A stretch of DNA of 64,000 bases. Origin: Armatimonadota bacterium. Lineage in GTDB: Bacteria > Armatimonadota > SYMT01. The translations under genes and the position numbers were made by a program. The stretch spans positions 33,662 through 97,661 of the forward strand of contig JBKBRF010000025.1 of NCBI GenBank assembly GCA_046292385.1, in the 5' to 3' direction. Positions 10,994-19,584 of the stretch are shown one piece after another (the stretch's first letter is position 1; every line of letters begins with the position of its first letter). Under the pieces are notes generated by a model that searched no databases, was not told the DNA's origin, and was given only the letters and a program-made list of their open reading frames with translations.

Positions 10994-11830
10994 ATGTCAC
11001 CCTGCGCCATCGTGAACGCGGGGCCGGGGGCATGGGCGTTCGAGGAGATCGCGGGGCGGCTCTCTCGGGTGCTCTGGCTGGAGGTCGCCTCCGAGCCGGC
11101 CGAGCGGAGCTACTTGCTGGGATGGGATGATCCGGATCCGCCGGAGACGGAGCTGTTCATCCCGTTCCAGGCGGTCGTTCTCGCCTCGGACAAGCGGCTG
11201 CAGGCGGAGCTGTTCCGGCGGCACGGGATCGCCTGTCCCCGCACGGAGCTGCTCCCCTCCCCGGCCGAGGTGGAGCGGTTCCTGCGCCGCGAAACCGGTT
11301 CCCCGTGGGTGTTGAAGTACCCCACCGGCTGCGGCGCCTCCGGCCACCGGCTGATCGGCGCCGGCGATCCGGTCCCGGCCGACTGGCCGCGTCCCTACGT
11401 GCTCCAGGAGCTCGTTCGGATGGAGCGGCCGGAGGTCTATCGCCAGTACGGCGCCGGTGGTGAGACTTTTGGCTGGAACGTGCGGCGGTTTCCCGCGGGA
11501 GCGCGCCCGTCTCCGTGGGTCGCCCACGCCCGCGGCGCGCGGTACGAGCTGCCGGGCGACGCTCCGCCCGAGGCGGAGGAGCTGGCGCGGCAGACCCTCC
11601 AGGCCGCCGGGCTGCTCGACTCGTTCGGCTGCGTCGACCTCTTGCGAAACGAGGCGGGCCGGTGGCTCGTGCTGGAGGTCGGCACCGACGGTGTGTTCAA
11701 CCACGTCGACCGCGACCTGGGTCTCCCGCGCGAGGAGGCCGAGCTGGACCAACGGCTGGCGGAGGCGTTCTGGTCCGGGTCCTCTCGGAAGCCGTGGGGC
11801 AGCGGTCCCTACCGGCCTCGAGCCGCCTGA
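10994..11830 (+). CDS. ATP-grasp (RimK-like) domain protein
   Basis: DKRLQAELF...IACPRT, WVLKYPTGCGASG, YVLQELV, FGCVDLL...WLVLEV. Confidence 0.75.
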   Translation: MSPCAIVNAGPGAWAFEEIAGRLSRVLWLEVASEPAERSYLLGWDDPDPPETELFIPFQAVVLASDKRLQAELFRRHGIACPRTELLPSPAEVERFLRRETGSPWVLKYPTGCGASGHRLIGAGDPVPADWPRPYVLQELVRMERPEVYRQYGAGGETFGWNVRRFPAGARPSPWVAHARGARYELPGDAPPEAEELARQTLQAAGLLDSFGCVDLLRNEAGRWLVLEVGTDGVFNHVDRDLGLPREEAELDQRLAEAFWSGSSRKPWGSGPYRPRAA

Positions 11831-12019
11831 ACGCGGGATCCAAGCGCACCTGGAGAAGGTAATCCAGGCTCCTGGTGCCTAACATGGCGCAAGGGGGCGG
11901 GCGACAGCATCCGAAGCCAGCCCCGACTCCAGTTCTTACTCCTGTTCCTACCCGACGGCGGATCGAATCCGAGTCCGCTGTCGAGTCAGGGCGGTGAGCT
12001 ATCTGAGAAAACCAACGCG

Positions 12020-13171
12020 ATGAAGCTTCTCCTCACTCCCGTCGCCCTGGCTGCCGCCGCAGCGGCCGCGGTGGCGCTGACTGCCGCGCCGGCGGCCCAG
12101 AGCGCCCAGGCCGGCGTCAAGCGGACGCAGTTCGGCACGCTGGAAGACGGCCGCCGAGTCGATCTCTACACCCTCACCAACCAGAACGGCCTGGTCGCGA
12201 AGATCACCACCTACGGCGCCATCCTGACGGAGCTGCACGTGCCGGACAAGAACGGCAAGCTCGGCAACGTGGTGCTCGGCTTCAACAAGCTGCAGCCCTA
12301 TCTCGACGGCAGCCCGTTCTTCGGCGCCACCACCGGCCGGGTGGCGAACCGCATCGCCAAGGGGCAGTTCAAGCTCGACGGGCGGACCTACCGGCTCGCG
12401 GTAAACAACGGCCCGAACCACCTGCACGGCGGCGAGAAGGGCTTCGACAAGGTGCTCTGGACCGCCGCGCCGATCGCCTCGCCGCACGGTCCGGCGGTCG
12501 AGTTCCGCTACCGCAGCCCGCACATGGAAGAGGGCTACCCGGGCAACCTCGACACGGCGGTCGTCTACACGCTCACCAACAAGAACGAGCTGCGGCTGGA
12601 TTACACCGCCACCACCGACCGCGCTACGCCGGTCAACCTGACCCACCACAGCTACTTCAACCTGGCCGGCTCCGGGAAGATCCTGGACCACGTGCTCTAC
12701 CTGAACGCGAACCGATACACGCCGTGGGACGACACCTTCATCCCCACCGGCAAGATCGCCAGCGTCAAGGGCACCCCGTTCGACTTCACCAAGCCGACGC
12801 GGATCGGCTCCCGCTTCAACCGGCTCCGTCCGAACGCGGCGACGGGCGACCCGGGCGGCTACGACCTGAACTACGTCCTGAACGGCGGGGGCAAGTCGGT
12901 GGCGCTCGCGGCGCGCGTCAGCGAGCCGAAGACCGGCCGCGTGATGGAGATCTACACCGACGAGCCGGGCATCCAGTTCTACACCGGCAACTACCTGGAC
13001 GGCACCCTCAAGGGCGTCGGCGGGGTCACCTATACCAAGAACAGCGGCCTCTGCCTGGAGACCCAGCACTACCCCGACTCGATCAACCAGCCGAACTTCC
13101 CGTCGGTCGTGCTGCGTCCGGGTCAGATCTACCGGCAGACCACGGTCCACCGCTTCAGCGCCGGCAAGTAA
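12020..13171 (+). CDS. galM: Aldose 1-epimerase (mutarotase), with signal peptide
   Basis: GRVANRI, NHLHGG, GYPG, NLTHHSYFNL, QFYTGN, CLETQHYPD. Confidence 0.93.
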   Translation: MKLLLTPVALAAAAAAAVALTAAPAAQSAQAGVKRTQFGTLEDGRRVDLYTLTNQNGLVAKITTYGAILTELHVPDKNGKLGNVVLGFNKLQPYLDGSPFFGATTGRVANRIAKGQFKLDGRTYRLAVNNGPNHLHGGEKGFDKVLWTAAPIASPHGPAVEFRYRSPHMEEGYPGNLDTAVVYTLTNKNELRLDYTATTDRATPVNLTHHSYFNLAGSGKILDHVLYLNANRYTPWDDTFIPTGKIASVKGTPFDFTKPTRIGSRFNRLRPNAATGDPGGYDLNYVLNGGGKSVALAARVSEPKTGRVMEIYTDEPGIQFYTGNYLDGTLKGVGGVTYTKNSGLCLETQHYPDSINQPNFPSVVLRPGQIYRQTTVHRFSAGK

Positions 13172-13193
13172 CGCGCGCAGATCGGCCGAACCA

Positions 13194-13230
13194 ACGAAGC
13201 CCCGGGACCGCTCCCGGGGCTTCGTCTTGT
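13194..13230 (+). terminator. Intrinsic terminator after galM
   Basis: ACGAAGCCCCGGGA-ccgc-TCCCGGGGCTTCGT followed by CTTGT. Confidence 0.75.
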
Positions 13231-13245
13231 GGCGAAGCAATCTGA

Positions 13246-13555
13246 GGAGCCTGGAGGCGCTGCCGAAGGCAGTGGTGCAAGGCTCCCCTTGTGAAGGCCC
13301 CTAGCGAGGGGCCTTTGCTTGAGCCGGACGGAGCGGCCCGTGAACCGCAGCCCTGGAGCAACCGCAGCCAGCGGTCGCGGAGCTCAGGCTACCGGCGAGC
13401 ACGCCCGGACCAGCCCGCTAGCGGAGGCGCAGCCGGAGCGTGAAAGGGCTGTGGGAGGGCCAAGCACGCGTGAGGGCCGCTCCGGGAGGTGAGGGCACGG
13501 GGTGGAACTGCGGCGAGATCACGCTCTCGGGCAGTCAGCGACTGAATCCGACATC
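13246..13555 (+). ncRNA. Unidentified structured RNA/repeat element, copy 1
   Basis: Collinear motifs and covarying helices shared with 28366-28695. Confidence 0.65.
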
Positions 13556-13575
13556 AAACTAGCCAGGTAACCGCC

Positions 13576-14967
13576 ATGCGAACTATCCTCCCCCTCCTCC
13601 TCGCCACGCCGCTTCTCACAGCCGCAGCGCTCCCCGCCGGAAGCGCGGGAAGCGCCCCACGCGACACTAAGCCCCGCGTGCTCGTGCTCACCGACATCAG
13701 CAGCCTCACCGCCGGAGTGCGGGAGCCGGACGACGGCCAGTCGCTGATCCGCTTCCTGCTCTACAGCTGCCATTGGGACGTGGAAGGGCTGGTCGCCAGC
13801 TCGAACATGGGGCACGGGCAGGTGGTCCGCCCGGAGCTGATCCGGCAGGCAGTCGAGGCGTACGGAAAGGTGCTGCCGAACCTCCGGAGGCACCACCCGG
13901 GCTACCCTTCCGCGGCGGCGCTCATGAACGTCGTCAAGGCGGGCCAGCCGGTTGCCGATCGCGGCGTGCCGGTGGAGCGGAGCGTGGGCGAGGGGAAGGA
14001 CACGGAGGCGTCCGAGTGGATCATCCGCCAGGTCGACCGCCGCGACGACCGGCCGCTCTGGGTGCTGATCTGGGGCGGCTCCGCGGACCTGGCGCAGGCG
14101 CTCTGGAAGGTGCGGCAGACCCGCACGCCGGCGGAGGCGGAGCGCTGGATCTCGCGGGTGCGCGTCCACTCGATCGGCGACCAGGACAGCACCGGCCCGT
14201 GGATCCGGGAGCAGTTCCCCACCCTCTTTACCGTGCTGCGGGGGCGCGCGATCCGCGGGATGTACCGCGGCGGCGACCGCTCCCTCGTCTCGCCGGAGTG
14301 GGTGGAGGAGCACGCGCGGAACGGGCACGGACCGCTCGGCGCGCTCTACCCGAACTACAACGGCGGCGACATCTTTCCCGGCCCGGTCCGCGGGATCAAA
14401 GAGGGCGATACTCCCTCGTTCCTCTCGCTCATCCCGAACGGCCTGGGCGACCCCGCGCACCCGGAGTGGGGCGGCTGGGGCGGGCGGCTGCGCGTGGAGG
14501 GCGAGCGGGAGAACCTGCTGAGCGACGCCATCGACCCCCACCCGGACAACGAGAAAGACCACGACCCTCGGATGTCCGGCGTCTACCGCTGGCGGGAGGC
14601 GTACCAGGCCGACTTCCAGGCGCGGCTCGACTGGTGCGTCCGCCCCTACGCCGAGGCGAACCACCCGCCGAAGGTAGAGGTCGCCGGAGCGCTCCGCCGG
14701 ACGGTCCGGCCCGGCCAGTCCGTCACGCTCGACGCCGGCCGGTCCACCGATCCGGACCGCGACCGCCTCACCTACCGCTGGCTCCTCCACGAGGCGGGCA
14801 GCTACGCCGGACCCGTCGAGATCAGCGACGCCTCCTCCGCCCGCGCGCGCCTCACCGTCCCGGCCGACGCCGCCGGACGCACGCTCCACGTAGTGGTCGC
14901 CGTGCGGGACGACGGCACGCCGGCGCTCACCCACTACCGGCGCGTGGTGCTCGACTGCCGGCCCTGA
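13576..14967 (+). CDS. DUF1593 (nucleoside hydrolase-like) secreted protein with C-terminal PKD/REJ-like domain
   Basis: RVLVLTDI...EPDDGQSLIRFLLY, WGG, DQD, KEGDTPSF, GGWGGR, DFQARLDW, ANHPP, LDAGRSTDPD. Confidence 0.88.
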   Translation: MRTILPLLLATPLLTAAALPAGSAGSAPRDTKPRVLVLTDISSLTAGVREPDDGQSLIRFLLYSCHWDVEGLVASSNMGHGQVVRPELIRQAVEAYGKVLPNLRRHHPGYPSAAALMNVVKAGQPVADRGVPVERSVGEGKDTEASEWIIRQVDRRDDRPLWVLIWGGSADLAQALWKVRQTRTPAEAERWISRVRVHSIGDQDSTGPWIREQFPTLFTVLRGRAIRGMYRGGDRSLVSPEWVEEHARNGHGPLGALYPNYNGGDIFPGPVRGIKEGDTPSFLSLIPNGLGDPAHPEWGGWGGRLRVEGERENLLSDAIDPHPDNEKDHDPRMSGVYRWREAYQADFQARLDWCVRPYAEANHPPKVEVAGALRRTVRPGQSVTLDAGRSTDPDRDRLTYRWLLHEAGSYAGPVEISDASSARARLTVPADAAGRTLHVVVAVRDDGTPALTHYRRVVLDCRP

Positions 14968-14970
14968 GGC

Positions 14971-15050
14971 TGTTGCACGTTGGCAAGTTGGCAGGTTTCA
15001 GGTTCCGAACCCCGCTCGCCGTGAGCCAGAACCTGCAACCTGACAACTTG
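14971..15050. repeat. 7-8-mer periodic repeat hairpin (GGTTNCA / AACCTG)
   Basis: Shares CAGGTTTCAGGTTCCGAACCCC exactly with 57713-57734; TTGCACGTTGGCAAGTT occurs reverse-complemented at ~57764-57780. Confidence 0.8.
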
Positions 15051-15080
15051 AATCCGTGAACGCACCGGAACGGAGATTCC

Positions 15081-15785
15081 ATGCCGACCATTGTCGCTCA
15101 CCGCGGGGGCGCCGGGCTGGCGCCGGAGAACACGCTCCCTGCCTTCCGGAACGCGCTGCGGCTCGGGGTCCAGGCAGTGGAGCTCGACGTGCGCCTGACC
15201 GCCGATGAGGTGCCGGTCTGCTTCCACGACGAGCGGCTGGGGCGCATCACGCCCGCGCAGGGCCGGATCGCCGACTGGCAGTGGGCGCGGCTGCGGGAGG
15301 TGGCGGTGCAGTCGGGCGCCTTTGGCGGGGCCTATCCGGACGCCCGCATCCCCTCACTGGAGGAGGTCCTCGCCGGGTTTCCGGGCGACTGCCGCGTGCT
15401 GGTCGAGCTGAAGCCGGATCCTGCGCGCGCCGATCTACTCGTCCGACGGACGCTGGAGGTGATCGGCGGTGCAGCGAGCCGGTGCCGGCTCATCTCCTTC
15501 GACCCGGAGCTGCTGCGGCGGGTGCGCGCGGCCTGCCCGGGCGCGGCGCTCGGAGTGCTTGCGGGGCCGCGGGCGGCGGCGTCGCTCTTCCCGCTGGCCC
15601 GGGAACTGGGAGCGGAAGCGGTACAGCCGCAGTCCCGACTGGTCGACCCGGCGCTGGTGCAGGCCGCGCGAGAAGCAGGTTTCCTGGTGAACGCCTGGAC
15701 GGTAAACACAGCTGACGAGGGGCGGCGGTTGGCCGCCCTGGGAGTGGACGAGATCACCACCGACTATCCGGACCTGTTCCTATGA
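15081..15785 (+). CDS. Glycerophosphodiester phosphodiesterase
   Basis: AHRG...PENT, ELDV, HD, VELK, ISFD, WTVN, ITTDYP. Confidence 0.92.
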   Translation: MPTIVAHRGGAGLAPENTLPAFRNALRLGVQAVELDVRLTADEVPVCFHDERLGRITPAQGRIADWQWARLREVAVQSGAFGGAYPDARIPSLEEVLAGFPGDCRVLVELKPDPARADLLVRRTLEVIGGAASRCRLISFDPELLRRVRAACPGAALGVLAGPRAAASLFPLARELGAEAVQPQSRLVDPALVQAAREAGFLVNAWTVNTADEGRRLAALGVDEITTDYPDLFL

Positions 15786-17059
15786 TCACCGAGTCTGCAA
15801 GACTGGCTACTCCCGACGAAGTGCTGCGGCACCTCCGCCGGAACGCACCGAACCCGGGGCAGGTGCTCCCGGACTACTCGGGATACTCGATCTGCAACGT
15901 GAGCCAGTTGATCCTGCGCAACTTCGGGTTGAAGAACCGCTGTCCGGAGGTGCTGTCCGGCGTGCTCGACCGCACCTACTCCCGCGTGCTGCTGGTGATC
16001 ATGGACGCCTTCGGCTGGAACCAGCTCCACACCTGGGTGGACGAGCTGGGGCCGCTGAACCGCTTCTACAGCGCGGCGAAGCGCGTGCCGCTGACGGTGA
16101 CGTTCCCGTCCACCACCACCGTGGCCCTCACCGGCATCTACACCGGCCTCTCCCCCGCGGAGCACACGATTACGGGTCACTACCTCTTCCTCAAAGAAGT
16201 GGGCGCGGTGATGGACGTGCTCCGGTTCTCTCCGGCGGACGATCCCCGGCGAGAGGTCTACGCGGAGCGCGGGGTCGACGTGCACCGGCTCTTTCCGATG
16301 TACACCGTCTTCGAGCCGCTGAAGCAGGCGAGCTTGAAGGGCCTCTCCCTGACCCGCGGCATCTTCACCAACACGGCGCTCGGCTGGCTCCACCACGTCG
16401 GCGCGGACGTGATCGGCTACCTGACGGATGCGGACATGTTCGTGCACCTGCGCAACACGCTGCGCACCGACCGCCGGGAGGGGCTCACCGTGCTCTACTG
16501 GGACGTGGTCGACATGCTCTCCCACGAGTACGGCCCGTTCTCGGAGATGGTCCGCAGCGCGGTCGACCAGTTCTTCTACGGCCTGGAGCGCGAGGTGCTG
16601 CGCGGCCTCACCCGCGAAGAGCGGGCAGACACGCTGATGCTGCTGGTGGCCGACCACGGCCAGGTCGACGCGCACCCGCACGAGGCGGTCTGCCTTTCGG
16701 AAGAGCCGCGCCTGAAGGAGCTGCTCCTGCTCCCCCCGACCGGCCAGTCGCGCGCCGCCTACCTCTACGCGGAGCAGGGCAAGGTGGAGGAGCTCGGGGA
16801 GGAGCTGCAGCGCTTCGAGGGCCGGCTCTCGATCCGCCGCAGCGAAGAGGCGCTGCAGGCAGGGCTATTCGGCCCCCCGGAGCACGCCGACCGCATCCGG
16901 AGCCGCGTCGGCGACTACCTGGCGATCGGCAGGGGCGGCGCGCAGCTCCTCGGCGCGGAGGTCCACCGGGACCAGCTCTCGCTCAAGGGCCGCCACGGCA
17001 GCCTGAACGAAGACGAGATGCTCGTCCCGCTCCTGGCTGTGCCATTGGACGTCTTCTGA
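15782..17059 (+). CDS. Alkaline phosphatase superfamily (type I phosphodiesterase/nucleotide pyrophosphatase)
   Basis: MDAFG, FPSTTTVA, DMLSHEYGP, ADHG, GRHGSL..EM.VP; ATGA overlap with the GDPD gene. Confidence 0.88.
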   Translation: MITESARLATPDEVLRHLRRNAPNPGQVLPDYSGYSICNVSQLILRNFGLKNRCPEVLSGVLDRTYSRVLLVIMDAFGWNQLHTWVDELGPLNRFYSAAKRVPLTVTFPSTTTVALTGIYTGLSPAEHTITGHYLFLKEVGAVMDVLRFSPADDPRREVYAERGVDVHRLFPMYTVFEPLKQASLKGLSLTRGIFTNTALGWLHHVGADVIGYLTDADMFVHLRNTLRTDRREGLTVLYWDVVDMLSHEYGPFSEMVRSAVDQFFYGLEREVLRGLTREERADTLMLLVADHGQVDAHPHEAVCLSEEPRLKELLLLPPTGQSRAAYLYAEQGKVEELGEELQRFEGRLSIRRSEEALQAGLFGPPEHADRIRSRVGDYLAIGRGGAQLLGAEVHRDQLSLKGRHGSLNEDEMLVPLLAVPLDVF

Positions 17060-17077
17060 GGGACCGGGAACCGGGAA

Positions 17078-17260
17078 TTCACCGCAGAGACGCGGAGAGC
17101 GCGGAGAGAACCGGAACCAGGGGAGGGGCCTGGCCCGCCTGACGAGTCCGGACAGCGGCCCCGAAGTTTGTCACTTCTGGCTCCCCTTTGCGTTCTTGGC
17201 GTCTTGGCGGTTCAATCCCGGTTCGGGTTCTCTCCGCGTCCTCTGCGTCTCTGCGGTGAA
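17078..17260. repeat. 8-9-mer periodic inverted-repeat element (TTCACCGCAGAGACGC...)
   Basis: 17078-17110 and 17228-17260 form a near-perfect 33-bp inverted repeat; internal CTTTGCGTTCTTGGCGTCTTGGCGGTT. Confidence 0.85.
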
Positions 17261-17272
17261 GCAGGATCGGGA

Positions 17273-17860
17273 TCAGCAGAGGTCCTGGCGCATCGGCTCC
17301 ATGGCGCGGCGGAGGGCGCGGAGGGTGCGGCGCATCTGGCCGGCTACCGCCTGGCGGGTGGTGCCCCACTGGCGGGCGAGGTCGGCCAGGGAGTGGCCCT
17401 GGAAGAAGTGCGCCTTGATCAGCTCCTGCTGCTGCGGGCGCAGGCGGACCATGGCATGGTTCAGCAGCGCCAGCTCCTCGGTGCGGCCGATCTCCCGCTC
17501 CGCGCTTTCATCGCGCATCACGTCGACCCACCGCGTCTCCCCCTCGGAGGTGCCGGTCTCCCGCAGCGCCTCGTCCAGGCTCAGGAGGCGCGCCTGGTGG
17601 TTGGAGGCCTGCATCGCCCCGCGCGCGATGGAGCGCTCGATCGCCATCGCAGCGAGGGTGGAGAAGCGGAAGCCACGGTCCGGGTCGAACGCCCGGGCCG
17701 CGGAGAGGAGGCCCAAGAGCCCCCACGAGACCAGATCGTCGCGATCGGCGCCGGAGACGGCGTGGCGATCCAAGTAACGGTTCACGCTCCACTCGACCAG
17801 ACTTCGGTTGTCATTTACCAACCGGCGTACCTCATGGTCGGGCCGCATCACTGCTGCCAT
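17273..17860 (-). CDS. Alternative sigma-70 factor (FliA/WhiG/SigF-like region 2 plus region 4, short)
   Basis: DDLVSWGLLGLLSAARAFDPDRGFRFSTLA, SLD, SLADLARQWGTTRQAV; RBS AAGGAAGG upstream of ATG 17860. Confidence 0.85.
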   Translation of the reverse strand: MAAVMRPDHEVRRLVNDNRSLVEWSVNRYLDRHAVSGADRDDLVSWGLLGLLSAARAFDPDRGFRFSTLAAMAIERSIARGAMQASNHQARLLSLDEALRETGTSEGETRWVDVMRDESAEREIGRTEELALLNHAMVRLRPQQQELIKAHFFQGHSLADLARQWGTTRQAVAGQMRRTLRALRRAMEPMRQDLC

Positions 17861-18482
17861 TGCTTGCTTCCTTCCTTGTTCGGATGCCCTCCAGCGCCAG
17901 CTCGAAGAGGCGAACCTCATGCTCGGCCAGCGTGCCGGGGGCGAAGCCGTATGCCCACGTGACCACTGCCTGGAACTGCAGACCCAGAATGAAGCCGGCC
18001 AGCTCGCACGGCTCGAGATCGGGGCGGAGCTCTCCGGACTGCTGCCCTTCTCGAACCCAGCCCTCTACCATCTCGAAGATCTGCTGGCGGTGCGGCGGCA
18101 GCTCTCCCGGCTTCATCCCGCTCAGTGACTTCAAGAGCACCGCGCGGGTATGGTCCGGGTCGCGCCCCGGGAACTCCGCCATCAGGGCCAGCCACTGCGC
18201 GATCTTCTCGGCAGCGCTCGGCCCGCAGATGCGTCCGTCCTGGATCGCATCCCGCAAGATCTCCACCTGCAGCTCGCCCATCGCCTGGCAAAGGCTCTCT
18301 TTGGTGGCGAAATGGTTGAAGACCGTGCCCCGGGCCACGTCGGCCCGGTCCGCGATCTCTTCCACCGTCACCTCATCAAACCCCCGCTCCGCGAACAGGT
18401 CGAGTGCCGCCTGCAGGATCGTCCGGCGGGTCTCCCGCGCCTTTCGCTCCCGCCGGCCCTCACGAGCAGCTCCAGCCGTCAT
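17832..18482 (-). CDS. TetR/AcrR family regulator
   Basis: RRERKARETRRTILQAALDLFAERGFDEVTVEEIADRADVARGTVFNHFATKE. Confidence 0.92.
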   Translation of the reverse strand: MTAGAAREGRRERKARETRRTILQAALDLFAERGFDEVTVEEIADRADVARGTVFNHFATKESLCQAMGELQVEILRDAIQDGRICGPSAAEKIAQWLALMAEFPGRDPDHTRAVLLKSLSGMKPGELPPHRQQIFEMVEGWVREGQQSGELRPDLEPCELAGFILGLQFQAVVTWAYGFAPGTLAEHEVRLFELALEGIRTRKEASNGSSDAARP

Positions 18483-18554
18483 TTGGTTTCTGCCTGTCGT
18501 TCCCCAAGCCCAGGACAGTCCGGAAGCCGGGTCAGGCACCCGTGCTTAGCCGTT

Positions 18555-18613
18555 AGTCTATCACTGGACTCCAGGCGGATTTTATGCCGCCGTCTATCGG
18601 TGACCCGCGGTCA
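18555..18613. promoter_or_regulatory. Candidate operator palindromes upstream of tetR
   Basis: AGTCtA-TCAC-TgGACT (18555-18570) and TGACC-CGC-GGTCA (18601-18613). Confidence 0.35.
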
Positions 18614-18947
18614 TTATAAGACCCAAGTTCAACGTCGGCACATTTTGGGTTACGGATTACCCTCGATTCGCGTTCCGCCCCGCACCAGCGCGGGGAGGTC
18701 GCGCGAAGGCGCAGCTCGCCCCTACCTGGAGGAGTCAGGAGAGCGGCCCACGGATAGCCGCAAAGAGGAAGAGCTCGTCACGCACCCGTGCGGAGCACAG
18801 GAACGGAGGCAGATTCGAGGCTTCGGCTCTCGCTTGCGCCAGTCGTGAGGGCGGTTCGGTAGGTGCGGCGCACTGACGACCCATGAGCCGGAGCGGCCCC
18901 TTCCGGGAGGGTACAGCCTGCTTCCGCCCGCCCTTTCGGCGGCGCGC

Positions 18948-19571
18948 TCACTCCGTGGCGGGCGTTCCGGCGGGGTTGAAGCGGTTCATCGCCGCCTGGA
19001 GGCCGTCGGTGACGATCGCCTCCACCGCATCGGCGGCGGCGCGGATCGAGTCCTGCACCGGCTCCAGCTCCTCGCGCGTGAACTTGCCGAGCACGTGATC
19101 GACGGTGCCGCCCTTCGGGCCGGACGGGCGGCCGACCCCCACGCGCACCCGGGGGAACTCCGTGGTGCCGAGGTGCTGGATCAGGCTCTTCAGGCCGTTG
19201 TGGCCGCCGGCGGATCCGGAGGGGCGGATGCGGATCCGGCCGGGCGGGAGGTCCATGTCGTCGACCACGACGATGATCTCTTCCGGCCGGAGCTGGAGCA
19301 GCCGCGCCAGCGGAGCCACGCTCTCGCCGGAGAGGTTCATGTAGGTGAGCGGCTTGGCGAGGGCGACGACGGTCTCGCCGATGGCGCCGCGGCCGAAATT
19401 CGCCTGCCGCTCCACCTTACGGGTATCGATGCGGTGGCGCTCGGCGAGGAGGTCCACCACCCGGAAGCCGATGTTGTGGCGCGTGTTGTGGTACTGCGCG
19501 CCCGGGTTGCCCAGCCCCACGATCAGGTGTCGGACCGTCTCGAACGTCGGCTGCCGCCGGAAAAACCGCAT
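18948..19571 (-). CDS. pth: Peptidyl-tRNA hydrolase
   Basis: LIVGLGNPG..Y..TRHNIGF, KPLTYMNLSG, GSAGGHNGLKS. Confidence 0.96.
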   Translation of the reverse strand: MRFFRRQPTFETVRHLIVGLGNPGAQYHNTRHNIGFRVVDLLAERHRIDTRKVERQANFGRGAIGETVVALAKPLTYMNLSGESVAPLARLLQLRPEEIIVVVDDMDLPPGRIRIRPSGSAGGHNGLKSLIQHLGTTEFPRVRVGVGRPSGPKGGTVDHVLGKFTREELEPVQDSIRAAADAVEAIVTDGLQAAMNRFNPAGTPATE

Positions 19572-19584
19572 CGCCTGGCGCGCC

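Noticed and set aside
13246..13555. RNase P RNA or group I intron identity for the structured element
   Set aside because: Isolated look-alike words (GCTTGAGCC, GTGAAAGGG, CAGCGACTGA) are in the wrong order or not kept in copy 2; GAGGAAAGTCC and ACAGAA.CCGGCTTA are absent
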